Assembly (NCBI GenBank): GCA_963850305.1
Contig: CAWKKR010000001.1
Location: forward strand, 544,001 to 608,000
Origin: an uncultured delta proteobacterium
GTDB lineage: Bacteria; Myxococcota_A; Polyangia; Polyangiales; Polyangiaceae
DNA length: 64,000 nucleotides
Direction of reading: 5' to 3'
Below are positions 48,822 through 58,074 of this stretch, piece by piece. Both the position numbers and the translations under genes were made by a program. Below the pieces are notes generated by a model. That model was not told where the DNA came from. It made no database searches and worked only from the letters and a program-made list of their open reading frames with translations. Every line of letters begins with the position of its first letter. Position 1 is the first letter of the stretch.

Positions 48822-49565
48822 ATGACGACAGGGTCGTCCGATTTGCCGATCGCTCCCAACCCCCCCCGAGGCGAAATGTCCGCAGAACCCGCAGCGAACC
48901 AGACCTTCGAACCCGAGGGCCATCCAATGGATTCCGTCACTCCGCGCGCGGTGGACTGGAACAACCCGCGAGTGGCCGCCATCCTGAACGCGGCCGCGAA
49001 GTGCTTCGCAAGGAAAGGGTTCAGCTCGACCACCCTTGCCGAAATCGGCAAGGAGCTCGGGCTCCGGAAGAGCATCGTCCACTACTACTTCGCGAGCAAG
49101 GCGGCGCTCATCCACGAGGTGCAGAGCTTCACGTACAACAAGTACCTGGAGAAGGTGCACGAGGTGCTCGCCACCAGCGGCGAGAAGAGCCAGGGCGGCC
49201 GGGCGATGGACGCGCTGAAATCACTCTGGGAGGTTCGCTCGTCCACCAACGTCGGGTTGAACATCGAGGTGTGGAGTGCGTCCCGGAACGACCCTGAACT
49301 CCGTCGGCGCGCCGCAGCGCTTCTCGGCGAGAAGCGGCGTCTCGTCGCGGAGGGGATCACCGCAGCCCTCGGCCAGGAGGCGATCAAGGACGTCCGGACC
49401 GAAGCCCTCTCGACGCTGATCCTCGCCGTGCTCGATGGGCTCAGCGTCGCATCGTACATCGAGGACGAGAACGCGAAGACCGATGACGCCTATCGTTTGT
49501 TCCTCTACCTGCTCAGGCTCGGAGTGGAACAACTCGACGGGCAGCGCGCCGCCGAGACCGCCTGA
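48822..49565 (+). CDS. TetR/AcrR-family transcriptional regulator
   Basis: ILNAAAKCFARKGFSSTTLAEIGKELGLRKSIVHYYFASKAAL helix-turn-helix; start may be ATG 48927. Confidence 0.95.
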   Translation: MTTGSSDLPIAPNPPRGEMSAEPAANQTFEPEGHPMDSVTPRAVDWNNPRVAAILNAAAKCFARKGFSSTTLAEIGKELGLRKSIVHYYFASKAALIHEVQSFTYNKYLEKVHEVLATSGEKSQGGRAMDALKSLWEVRSSTNVGLNIEVWSASRNDPELRRRAAALLGEKRRLVAEGITAALGQEAIKDVRTEALSTLILAVLDGLSVASYIEDENAKTDDAYRLFLYLLRLGVEQLDGQRAAETA

Positions 49566-49601
49566 AGCGCGACGGAAAACTCGGGCGTCACAGGTGACGA
49601 G

Positions 49602-50585
49602 CTGACTTCCGTCTTCTCCGCGATCGAGGGACAAGGTCCGGCCATCGAGACGCTGACCGCAGCCCTCGGTCGCGGACGCGTTCACCATGCCTACCGGTTC
49701 GAAGGGCCGAACGGGGTGGGCAAAGAGATGGCGGCGTTTGCGCTCGCCCAGTCGCTCCTCTGCGAACGTGGCGGGCCGCTCGGCTGCGGCGACTGCAAGG
49801 CATGCCGCCGCGCCGTGCGCATCGCGGAGGAGGATCCACACGTGCCCCAGCACCCCGACGTCGTGCTGGTCGGACGGGGGCTCTACCCGCCGTCGGCACT
49901 CGGTACCCAGACGCGAGAAGCCTCGGCGATCGGCGTCGAGCAAATCCGCCGCGTGGTGCTCGCTCGCGCGGGATACTCGCCACACGAGGCACGGTTCCTG
50001 GTGTTCATCGTGAGGGGCGCTCACGAGCTCACGGAACAGGCGGCGAACGCTCTCTTGAAGACCCTGGAGGAGCCCGCGCCCCACGTGCGCTTCGTCCTGC
50101 TCACGAGCGAGCCGAACCGATTGCTCGACACCATCCGCTCCCGGACCCTGGCCGTCCGTTTCGGCGCACTACCGGACGACGTCGTGGAACGCATCCTGGC
50201 TCGCCACGGCAAGCCTGCGACACACGCGCGCCTTGCAGGCGGAAGCGCGGCGCTCGCCCTCGCGCTCGCCGACGAAGATACCGCCCAGGCCCAGGCAGAT
50301 TTCATCCGCGGCGCGATGGAGGCGACTGCCGCGCCGGAGCTGGACGCCGCCATCGTCTTCGCGGGCACACGTCCGGACGACCGCGACGCTCTGAAGCAAA
50401 ACTTGACTCAGCTTTCGCAGGCCCTGGCGCTCGAGGCGCGCGACGCCGTCGCGAAGGACGCCGCGCGCGCCGAGAGGGCGGCGCGCCGCTACGTCACCGT
50501 ACTCGAAGCCGTCCGCGCCGTGGAACGGAATGCCCAGCCGGCGCTCGTCCTCGAGGCCATGGTCGCGCGACTTCGAAGTGTGTGA
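49602..50585 (+). CDS. holB: DNA polymerase III delta' subunit; apparent CTG start
   Basis: FSAIEGQ...GRVHHAYRFEGPNGVGK, C..CGDCKAC zinc module, HPD, AANALLKTLEEP, TIRSR. The conserved N-terminus extends upstream of GTG 49716 with no ATG/GTG/TTG. Confidence 0.9.
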   Translation: MTSVFSAIEGQGPAIETLTAALGRGRVHHAYRFEGPNGVGKEMAAFALAQSLLCERGGPLGCGDCKACRRAVRIAEEDPHVPQHPDVVLVGRGLYPPSALGTQTREASAIGVEQIRRVVLARAGYSPHEARFLVFIVRGAHELTEQAANALLKTLEEPAPHVRFVLLTSEPNRLLDTIRSRTLAVRFGALPDDVVERILARHGKPATHARLAGGSAALALALADEDTAQAQADFIRGAMEATAAPELDAAIVFAGTRPDDRDALKQNLTQLSQALALEARDAVAKDAARAERAARRYVTVLEAVRAVERNAQPALVLEAMVARLRSV

Positions 50586-50591
50586 TCCCCT

Positions 50592-51221
50592 TCACCCCCC
50601 GAGCAAGCGATGGAGCTCCGCTGCACGTCGCGTGACGCCATCGATACCGTCGCCGGGCAAGAGCCCTCGAATGACCGCTCCCATTTCGGCGCGGGCCGCA
50701 ATCGAGGCCCCATTCGCCACGTCGATGCCGCCTATGGCGACCAGCGGCACCCCGGCACGCCGGCAGAGCTCGTGCGCCCGTGCCAGCTCCTCGAGACCCG
50801 TGGTTGGGCTGGGGCGCTCCTTCGATGCCGTGGCGAACACGGGGCCGAAGGCTACGTAATCCGGGCGCGCCGCAATCGCTTCACGAAGCTGAGCCTCGTC
50901 GTGCGTCGAGATCCCGACGCGGAGGTCGGGGGCGAATCGACGGGCGTCGCCGAGCGTTAGGTCTTCCTGCCCGACGTGAACTCCCTGACATCCTGCGAGA
51001 ACGGCCAGATCCGGCCGATCGTTGGCGAACAACGGCACTGCCCCGGCGAAGGCTCGGATGGCGCGGAGCCACGCCAGAACCGAGCGTGGGCTCGCATTCT
51101 TCGCGCGGAGCTGGACGAAAGCCGGCCCCGCGGAGACGACACGCTCGGCGAACGGCAAGAGGGAAATCCCGGCGCTCTCGAGGAAGTCCGCATCGACGAT
51201 GGCGTAAAGACCGCGCTTCAC
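50592..51221 (-). CDS. thiE: Thiamine-phosphate synthase
   Basis: VQLRAK, NDRPDLA, GVHVGQED, GISTH, GPVFATASK, VAIGGI. Confidence 0.96.
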   Translation of the reverse strand: MKRGLYAIVDADFLESAGISLLPFAERVVSAGPAFVQLRAKNASPRSVLAWLRAIRAFAGAVPLFANDRPDLAVLAGCQGVHVGQEDLTLGDARRFAPDLRVGISTHDEAQLREAIAARPDYVAFGPVFATASKERPSPTTGLEELARAHELCRRAGVPLVAIGGIDVANGASIAARAEMGAVIRGLLPGDGIDGVTRRAAELHRLLGG

Positions 51222-51263
51222 GTCGGTTGCGGCCCCTCGCCAGGATGGGATATTGCTGCGCGC

Positions 51264-52505
51264 ATGGGTTTCGGCGGGCGTCTCTTCTCGGCCATCGTCG
51301 TTCTGGCGACGTTCGCCTCGCGGACGAGCGCCGCAGAGACGCCCATGACTCCCGCACCAGAGTTACCAAAAGTCCCCCTCCACCTCCAGATCACCGAAGA
51401 CGGTCCGGACAGCCAGTGGGAGATGAAGCTCGAAAACGCGTCGAGCGTCCCGATCGAAGCCGCAAGCGATGCGCGACTCCTGTGGTTCGAGGTATCGCGT
51501 CCCGGGGAATCGAAGCAGAAGCTCTGCCGTCTGCCCGACGATCTATTCCCCAAGAACGTTCCCGACAGCAAAACGAAGGAACTTGCGCCCGGGGATTCTC
51601 TCGTCCAAAGGTTCGATCCTCGCTTCTATTGCTTCAGCGCGGGCCGCCAGGAAATCTTGGTGCCGAGCGCGCAGATCATCCCGCACTACGGGTTTTCACC
51701 GAAGACGAAGGCGAAATGGGTGCACGGGCGACGGGTCGAGGAGACGCTCCCCGACGCTCCGCCATACATCGCGACGCCCAAGGACTCGGACTCGATGTCG
51801 CCCGCGAAGAACGTCACCGGTGACATGATCTCGCTCGACGACCGGTATGCGGCGTGGGCAGAGTCCGCGAAGAAGGGCGCCGAGAGTAAGGACGACGATG
51901 AGCCCACCCTGGACATCGTGCGCGGCTCCGATGCGGAGACGGAGCGGAACGTCATGGCCACGGTGCGCATCAGGAATCCGAGCGAGAGCCGCGTCGCGCT
52001 CTTCGTCCGGCGCGAGCTCATCACGTTCGAAGTGATGACCCCCGCGGGAACGACTTATTGCGTCGCGGAACCGGACGCACGCGATCCGGATCGACGAGCC
52101 TTCACGACGCTCGCACCCAAGAGCTCGATGACGATCGTGAGCCGACTCGTCGAGCTGTGCCCGCGCGGCACGTTCGCGAAGCCGGGGCTCTACGTCGTCC
52201 AGGCTCGCTTCGACGCGCAGGCGAACGGTGCGGAATACGGGCTGGATGCGTTCACCGGCACGATCCACACGACGCGCCCCGTCACCGTGCGCGTGCGCCG
52301 AGAGCTCCACATCGTGCCGAACCGACGCCTCGTGGGTTCGGCGGGCCCCGCCGCCCCCGGCGCGCCACCGCCACCTTCGGTCCCCGGATTGATTCCGCCG
52401 CCTCCGCAAGAGAATGCGCCTCCCCCTCCCCCGGCTGAACCCATCGAGGCCCCCGAGGCGCCGCAGGCGCCGCCGCCCGTCGAGGCGCCGCCGCCGCCGA
52501 GCTAG
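51264..52505 (+). CDS. Hypothetical secreted protein with two Ig-like repeats and Pro-rich tail
   Basis: Signal peptide. Two similar modules (KLENASSVPI..LWFEV..C..LAPGDS..C and RIRNPSESRV..ITFEV..C..LAPKSS..C); poly-Pro C-terminus. Confidence 0.65.
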   Translation: MGFGGRLFSAIVVLATFASRTSAAETPMTPAPELPKVPLHLQITEDGPDSQWEMKLENASSVPIEAASDARLLWFEVSRPGESKQKLCRLPDDLFPKNVPDSKTKELAPGDSLVQRFDPRFYCFSAGRQEILVPSAQIIPHYGFSPKTKAKWVHGRRVEETLPDAPPYIATPKDSDSMSPAKNVTGDMISLDDRYAAWAESAKKGAESKDDDEPTLDIVRGSDAETERNVMATVRIRNPSESRVALFVRRELITFEVMTPAGTTYCVAEPDARDPDRRAFTTLAPKSSMTIVSRLVELCPRGTFAKPGLYVVQARFDAQANGAEYGLDAFTGTIHTTRPVTVRVRRELHIVPNRRLVGSAGPAAPGAPPPPSVPGLIPPPPQENAPPPPPAEPIEAPEAPQAPPPVEAPPPPS

Positions 52506-52537
52506 CCACTCGAACTCTGGTCGCCGAGACCAGCCCT

Positions 52538-54646
52538 TCACGTCTTCGCGTCGTCGAACGACGCGAACGTCCCGCCCTCGCGAGCGAGGCGCTCGAGAAG
52601 CGCGGAGGCTTGCCAGACTTTGCCGTGGCGCTGGCGGTACTGGTTCACCTTGGCGAGCACGTTCGCGACCCCGACCGTGTCTGCGTGGAACATCGGGCCG
52701 CCGCGGTGTACCGGAAAACCGTACCCGTTGATCCACACGGTATCGATATCGGAGGCTCGGAGCGCGATGCCTTCGTCGAGGATCTTCGCGCCCTCGTTGA
52801 CGAGGGCGAAGAAACATCGCTCGAAGATCTCCTCGCTCGTCACGGTGCGCCGCTCCACGCCGAGCTCTCTCGCGACGTCGGCAATCACGCGATCGACCTC
52901 CGGGTCCGGAATCGGCGTGCGGTTACCGGGCTCGTATCTGTAGAAGCCCGCGTTCGTCTTCTGGCCGTAGCGGCCCATCTCCGCCAGGCGATCCGCCACG
53001 GCGCCACTGTATCGCTCGCCCGGCGGCGGCTTGGGTTGACCTTTACGGATGCGCCACCCGACGTCGATGCCGGCGAGATCGCTCGTGGCGCAGGGGCCCA
53101 TCGCGAACCCAAACGACGTCATCACCCGATCGACCTCGGCCGGCGATGCGCCTTCCTGGATCAGGAGCTGCGCCTCGCGGTAATACTGGTGCAGCATTCG
53201 ATTGCCCACGAAGCCGTAGCAAACGCCGACCTGGACCCCGACTTTGCCCAGCTGCTTCGCGAGCTTCATGCTGGTCGCGACGGCCGTCTTCGAGGTCTTC
53301 TGGCCCCGCACGATTTCGAGGAGCCTCATGACGTTCGCGGGGCTGAAGAAATGCAGCCCTGCCACGCGTTCGGGATGGGCCGTCGAGGCGGCAATCTCGT
53401 CCACGTTCAGCGTCGAAGTGTTCGTGGCCAGGAGCGCGTCGGGACGGCAAATCCGGTCGAGCTTTCCGAAGATCTCCTTCTTCAGCGCCATCTCTTCGAA
53501 GACGGCTTCGATCACGAGGTCCACGTCCGAGAGACCGTCCCAGCTCGTCGTTCCGGTGATGCGCGCGACGCGCGCGTCCATCTCCGCTTGCGAGAGCTTC
53601 CCCTTCTTCACCGTACCCGCGTAATTCTTCGAGACGATGTCGAGCCCCTTGTCGACGAACGACTGTTCGCGATCAACCAGCAACACGTCCAAGCCGGCGT
53701 TCGCGAACACCATCGCGATCCCGCCGCCCATCGTGCCCGCGCCCAGCACCGCCACCTTGCGAACCGGCAACACCGGCGTGTCCGCGGGCACGTCGGGGAT
53801 CTTCGCGGCCTGTCGCTCGGCAAAGAAGACGTGTCGCATGGCGCGCGACTCGGTCGATCGGATGGCGACTTCGAACAGCTCGCGCTCGCGCTCGATACCC
53901 GCATCGAAGGGCAATTCCGCTGCGGCCCGCACCGCGTCCACGCATCGTCCCGGGCCCTCTGCACCCCGCGCGCGTTCGGCCGCCTCCTTCTTCGCCTTGT
54001 CGAAGAGGGCCGTGTTGCCGCGGACGGCATCGACCGCCTTCGTGAGGTCGCGCGCTCGAGGCAGCGGGCGCGCGGGCGCGATCTTTTCGGCGAACCGAAC
54101 CGCGCCTTCCGTCAGGTCACCGTCGATCAGCTCGTCTACCAGGCCCGCCGCCTTCGCATCCTTCGCACCGATGGGCTCGCCGCTCACGATCATCCGGAGC
54201 GCCGTCTCGAAGCCGACCAGCCTCGGCAAGCGCTGCGTACCGCCTGCACCCGGCAAGATCCCGAGCTTGACCTCGGGCAAACCGCACCTGGCCGAGGGCG
54301 TGGCGACCCGGTAATGACACGCGAGTGCGATTTCGAGGCCTCCACCGAGAGCGGTTCCGTGGATTGCCGCAACGACGGGCTTCGAGCTCCCCTCGTACGC
54401 AGCCATGACCGCGTTCAGCTGCGGGTCTCTCGGCGGCTTTCCGAATTCCGTGATGTCCGCGCCCGCGATGAACGTGCGCCCCTTGCACACCAGCACGATG
54501 GCCGTCACGGCGTCGTCCGCGAGAGCTGCGGCGATGCCCTTCGACAGGCCTTCCCGCACGGCCTGACTCAACGCGTTCACCGGTGGGCTGTCCACCGAGA
54601 CGATGCCGATGGATCCGCGCTTCTCGAAGCTGACTACGTTACTCAT
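52538..54646 (-). CDS. Bifunctional enoyl-CoA hydratase / 3-hydroxyacyl-CoA dehydrogenase (FadB/FadJ-like)
   Basis: FIAGADI, ALGGGLE, PEVKLGILPGAGGTQRLPR, GAGTMGGGI, IEAVFE, TNTST, HFFSPA, GFVGNR. Confidence 0.96.
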   Translation of the reverse strand: MSNVVSFEKRGSIGIVSVDSPPVNALSQAVREGLSKGIAAALADDAVTAIVLVCKGRTFIAGADITEFGKPPRDPQLNAVMAAYEGSSKPVVAAIHGTALGGGLEIALACHYRVATPSARCGLPEVKLGILPGAGGTQRLPRLVGFETALRMIVSGEPIGAKDAKAAGLVDELIDGDLTEGAVRFAEKIAPARPLPRARDLTKAVDAVRGNTALFDKAKKEAAERARGAEGPGRCVDAVRAAAELPFDAGIERERELFEVAIRSTESRAMRHVFFAERQAAKIPDVPADTPVLPVRKVAVLGAGTMGGGIAMVFANAGLDVLLVDREQSFVDKGLDIVSKNYAGTVKKGKLSQAEMDARVARITGTTSWDGLSDVDLVIEAVFEEMALKKEIFGKLDRICRPDALLATNTSTLNVDEIAASTAHPERVAGLHFFSPANVMRLLEIVRGQKTSKTAVATSMKLAKQLGKVGVQVGVCYGFVGNRMLHQYYREAQLLIQEGASPAEVDRVMTSFGFAMGPCATSDLAGIDVGWRIRKGQPKPPPGERYSGAVADRLAEMGRYGQKTNAGFYRYEPGNRTPIPDPEVDRVIADVARELGVERRTVTSEEIFERCFFALVNEGAKILDEGIALRASDIDTVWINGYGFPVHRGGPMFHADTVGVANVLAKVNQYRQRHGKVWQASALLERLAREGGTFASFDDAKT

Positions 54647-55398
54647 GTTCGCCCCGCAATGGCTTCTAGCTCCGCCTCCGGAACGTCGAAGTCGGAATAG
54701 ACGTTCTGCACGTCGTCGTGATCGTCGAGAGCATCGGCGAGGTTCAGGCAAACCTCCGCGTCACGCCCCCTGACCTCTTTCTTGTTCTTCGGCACGAAGC
54801 CGACCTTGCTGGACCGTGCGACGGCATTGCTCTTCTCGAGTGCCGTCGTCACCTTGTCGAGCGCATCGGGCGCCGTGTACACCGTCCAGGAATCCCCCTC
54901 GTCGGCGTAGTCGTCGGCGCCCGCGGAGATCGCGACGTCCATCAGCGTCTCTTCGGACGCGGCAGCCTTGTCGAGGGTGATCACGCCCCGTCGGTCGAAC
55001 GCCCACGCGGCGGCGCCGCTGCCGCCCATCGTGCCGTTGTTCTTCTCGAAGATCTTCCGGAGCTCCGCCGCCGACCGATTGCGGTTGTCCGTCGTCCCCT
55101 CGACGAGGAACAGCGTGCCCGAGGGACCGGTGCCCTCATAGAGGACCTCCTCGAAAGCGGCGCCTTCGATCTCACCGGTGCCCCTCTTCACCGCGCGAGT
55201 GATGTTATCCCCCGGCATGTGGGAGGCCTTCGCTTCGTCGATCGCCTTTCGAAGCCGCGCGTTGCCGTTGACATCACCGCCACCCATGCGGGCCGCCACG
55301 GTGATCTCCTTGATCAGCTTCGTGAAGAGCTTGCCGCGAGCCGCGTCCGTCGCGCCCTTCTTCCGCTTGATTGTCGCCCACTTGGAATGGCCGCTCAT
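54643..55398 (-). CDS. yebC: YebC/PmpR-family protein
   Basis: MSGHSKWATIKRKK, YEGTGP, TDNRNR, DDHDDVQNVYSDF. Confidence 0.97.
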   Translation of the reverse strand: MSGHSKWATIKRKKGATDAARGKLFTKLIKEITVAARMGGGDVNGNARLRKAIDEAKASHMPGDNITRAVKRGTGEIEGAAFEEVLYEGTGPSGTLFLVEGTTDNRNRSAAELRKIFEKNNGTMGGSGAAAWAFDRRGVITLDKAAASEETLMDVAISAGADDYADEGDSWTVYTAPDALDKVTTALEKSNAVARSSKVGFVPKNKKEVRGRDAEVCLNLADALDDHDDVQNVYSDFDVPEAELEAIAGRT

Positions 55399-55596
55399 GA
55401 TGCTCCCGATGCGAAGGCAATCTTTCCGCCGGGAAGTTAGCCGAGGCAGCCCGAAAGACAAGGCCGAGCGTACTCTCCTGGCCTGGTCCACGGCCGCGAG
55501 CCTGGGCTGCGCTCGCATCGCTGCGGGCAAAAAGCAGCGAACTGCCAGAGAAGCTGCCGGGCGTTCGCTAGGAAGACCGACGTCCCCCCTCGGTTC

Positions 55597-57243
55597 TCAC
55601 TCGAGCACTGCGCCGCGCGCCGCGGACGACACGAGCTTCCGGTAGCGGCTCATGTAACCGATCGCCGGCTTCTCGACGCGCACGACGCGGGCGAGCCGCG
55701 CTCGCATCTCTTCGGCCGTGAGGTTGACGTCGAGGCGGCGATTGGGGACGTCGATCGTGATCTCGTCACCATCCATCAACGCGGCGATGGGCCCGCGATC
55801 GTAAGCCTCCGGCGTCACGTGCCCGACGCAGGGACCGGCGGTTGCGCCGGAGAACCGGCCATCCGTTATGAGCGCCGTGCGATGCAAGCCGAACACCTCG
55901 AGCATCATCGTGATGTTCAGCATCTCGGGCATTCCTGGCCCCCCCTTCGGCCCCTCGTAGCGAATGACGATCACGTTTCCGTCGTGGATGCGCCCGTCGG
56001 TGAGCGCCTTGCGCGCCTCGTCCTCGGAATCCACACAGATCGCCGTGCCGGTGAAAGTGAGCATGTCTTCTTTCACGGCGGACGCTTTGACGATCGAGCC
56101 CTCCGGCGCGAGATTGCCGTAGAGGACGACGGTGCCGCCCTCGGCGCGGTGAGGCTTGTCGCGCGGCGGAATGACCTCGGAGTCGAGCACTTGATACGAC
56201 TTGTCGATCACCTCACCGAGCGACTTGCCCGTGACGGTCATGCAATCCGTGTCGAGGTCCGCCTTCATGACCTTCATTGCGGCGCCGATGCCCCCCGCCG
56301 CCCACAGATCCGTCACGCCCCAGGGCCCGTTCGGGCTGATCGCGAGCAGAGTCGGGACGCGCCGGTTGTAGTCATTGAACAGAGAAAGAGGCAGCTCGAG
56401 GCCGAGCGCATGAGCGATCGCCGGAAGATGGAGCGTCGAGTTCGTCGAGCCCCCAATGGCGAGATCCATGATGACGGCGTTGAGCAGCGCTTGCCGGGTC
56501 ATGATCTTTCGCGCGTTGAGTCCCTCTTCCACCATGGCCACGATGCGTTCCCCGCTCGCTCGACCGTAGCGGAGCTTGTCCGGGTGAAAGCCCGGCGTGT
56601 TCGCGCACCCGGGCAGACACATTCCCATCACCTCCGCGAGCGACTGGATCGTGTTCGCGGTCCCGAGGATCTCGCACGCGCCGCACGTCGCACACGTGGT
56701 CGTCGCGACCTTCATCTCGGTGTCCGTGTAGTCCTTGTGGTCGACGCTGCGCGACTTCCGGCGGCGGTTCCGGATGTCCCACATGCCCGGACCGCCGCTG
56801 ACGTAGATGCTCGGCAAATCCAGCCTCGCCGCGGCCATCAGCATGCCCGGGTTGATCTTGTCGCAGCTCGCGATGAACACGATCCCATCGAAGAGCTGCG
56901 AACGAACGTGCGTCTCGATGATATCGGCGATCAGATCGCGCTGCGCGAGCACGTAGTGCATCCCGTCGTGGCCCATCGCCACGCCGTCGCAGGGCGCAGG
57001 GACGTTGAACTCCGCAGCTATGCCGCCCGCCGCGATGATTCCTTCCTTCACGCGCTGGCCGATGGCGTGGAGATGGGAATGTCCCGTCGTGAGCTCGGTG
57101 TGCGAGTTCGCCACCGCGATCAATGGCTTCTTGCCGAGCTGAGCCGTGTCGAGCCCGGTCCCTTTCATGATGGACGTCCGGACGACGCCCATCAGCGGGT
57201 CGCCTCCGGCCACGGTGAGACGCACGCTTTTCCTGTCCGCCAT
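55597..57243 (-). CDS. ilvD: Dihydroxy-acid dehydratase (IlvD/Edd family)
   Basis: PCDGVAMGH, CDKINPG, CATCGAC..GTANT, GGSTN, GNLAPEG, GPKGGPGMPEM, TDGRFSG. Confidence 0.9.
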   Translation of the reverse strand: MADRKSVRLTVAGGDPLMGVVRTSIMKGTGLDTAQLGKKPLIAVANSHTELTTGHSHLHAIGQRVKEGIIAAGGIAAEFNVPAPCDGVAMGHDGMHYVLAQRDLIADIIETHVRSQLFDGIVFIASCDKINPGMLMAAARLDLPSIYVSGGPGMWDIRNRRRKSRSVDHKDYTDTEMKVATTTCATCGACEILGTANTIQSLAEVMGMCLPGCANTPGFHPDKLRYGRASGERIVAMVEEGLNARKIMTRQALLNAVIMDLAIGGSTNSTLHLPAIAHALGLELPLSLFNDYNRRVPTLLAISPNGPWGVTDLWAAGGIGAAMKVMKADLDTDCMTVTGKSLGEVIDKSYQVLDSEVIPPRDKPHRAEGGTVVLYGNLAPEGSIVKASAVKEDMLTFTGTAICVDSEDEARKALTDGRIHDGNVIVIRYEGPKGGPGMPEMLNITMMLEVFGLHRTALITDGRFSGATAGPCVGHVTPEAYDRGPIAALMDGDEITIDVPNRRLDVNLTAEEMRARLARVVRVEKPAIGYMSRYRKLVSSAARGAVLE

Positions 57244-57409
57244 GGCCCGGAGTCTCTGCGCGAACGCGAACGCTCGCTTGAATGAACTGGTCGACCGGGA
57301 GGATGTGGGAGGAACACGAGGCGGCTCACGCCGGCTCCCGGAGGTCTCGCATATGACGCGCCGCTGCTTGACGCGGCAACGCGCGTGGACGATCCGTGGA
57401 ACAGCGTCC

Positions 57410-57973
57410 ATGGGTGAATCGAAATGCCGGGCGTGGCTCGTCCACAACGTCGTGGAATATATCGATGCGCCCCTGCGGCCGCGGCTGCTCGAGGGCGCTT
57501 CGCCTGCTCTCCGTGCCCTCCTCGAGCAATCGCCGCGAAGCGACACCGACTGGGTCTCGGTCCTCCTCCTCGCCGAGATCTTCCTCATCGCCGATCGCAT
57601 TGCCGGCGACGGGGACGGCAAGAAGTGTTTCGACATCGGTGCGTTCGTGGCTTCACACGAGGTCGGCGCGTCGCAATCCCTGGCCCAGAGAAGCCTGCGA
57701 CCGTCCGTGATCATGAGCCTCGCTCCCGGCCTCTGGAGTACGCACTTCCAGGACTCCGGCCGAGTAGCCATCCGCCCCACCGGGGAGCGCTCCCTCGTGG
57801 TCACGCTCGTCGACACGCCAAATCTCGGTGAGACGTTCTGCCTGGCGCTCGGTGGCTGGATCAAAGGCTGGCTCGGCCTCGGTCCCCGCCGCCGCGTCCT
57901 CCGCATCGATCACACGACGTGCCGGCACAAGGGCGGCGCGGTGTGTGACTATGCCGTCGCGTGGGAAGATTGA
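57410..57973 (+). CDS. Hypothetical protein with V4R/4VR-like C-terminus
   Basis: FCLALGGWIKG...HTTCRHKGGAVCDYAVAW resembles the V4R C..G...C pattern. Confidence 0.6.
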   Translation: MGESKCRAWLVHNVVEYIDAPLRPRLLEGASPALRALLEQSPRSDTDWVSVLLLAEIFLIADRIAGDGDGKKCFDIGAFVASHEVGASQSLAQRSLRPSVIMSLAPGLWSTHFQDSGRVAIRPTGERSLVVTLVDTPNLGETFCLALGGWIKGWLGLGPRRRVLRIDHTTCRHKGGAVCDYAVAWED

Positions 57974-58074
57974 TGTAGTGCTGAGCGACCCGATACGTCG
58001 GCGGGAGGATGCGCGGTCGTGTGCTACGAGGGGCACGGGGCGTCCGGGCGCCCCTCACGGTTCGAAGGTTTCCC

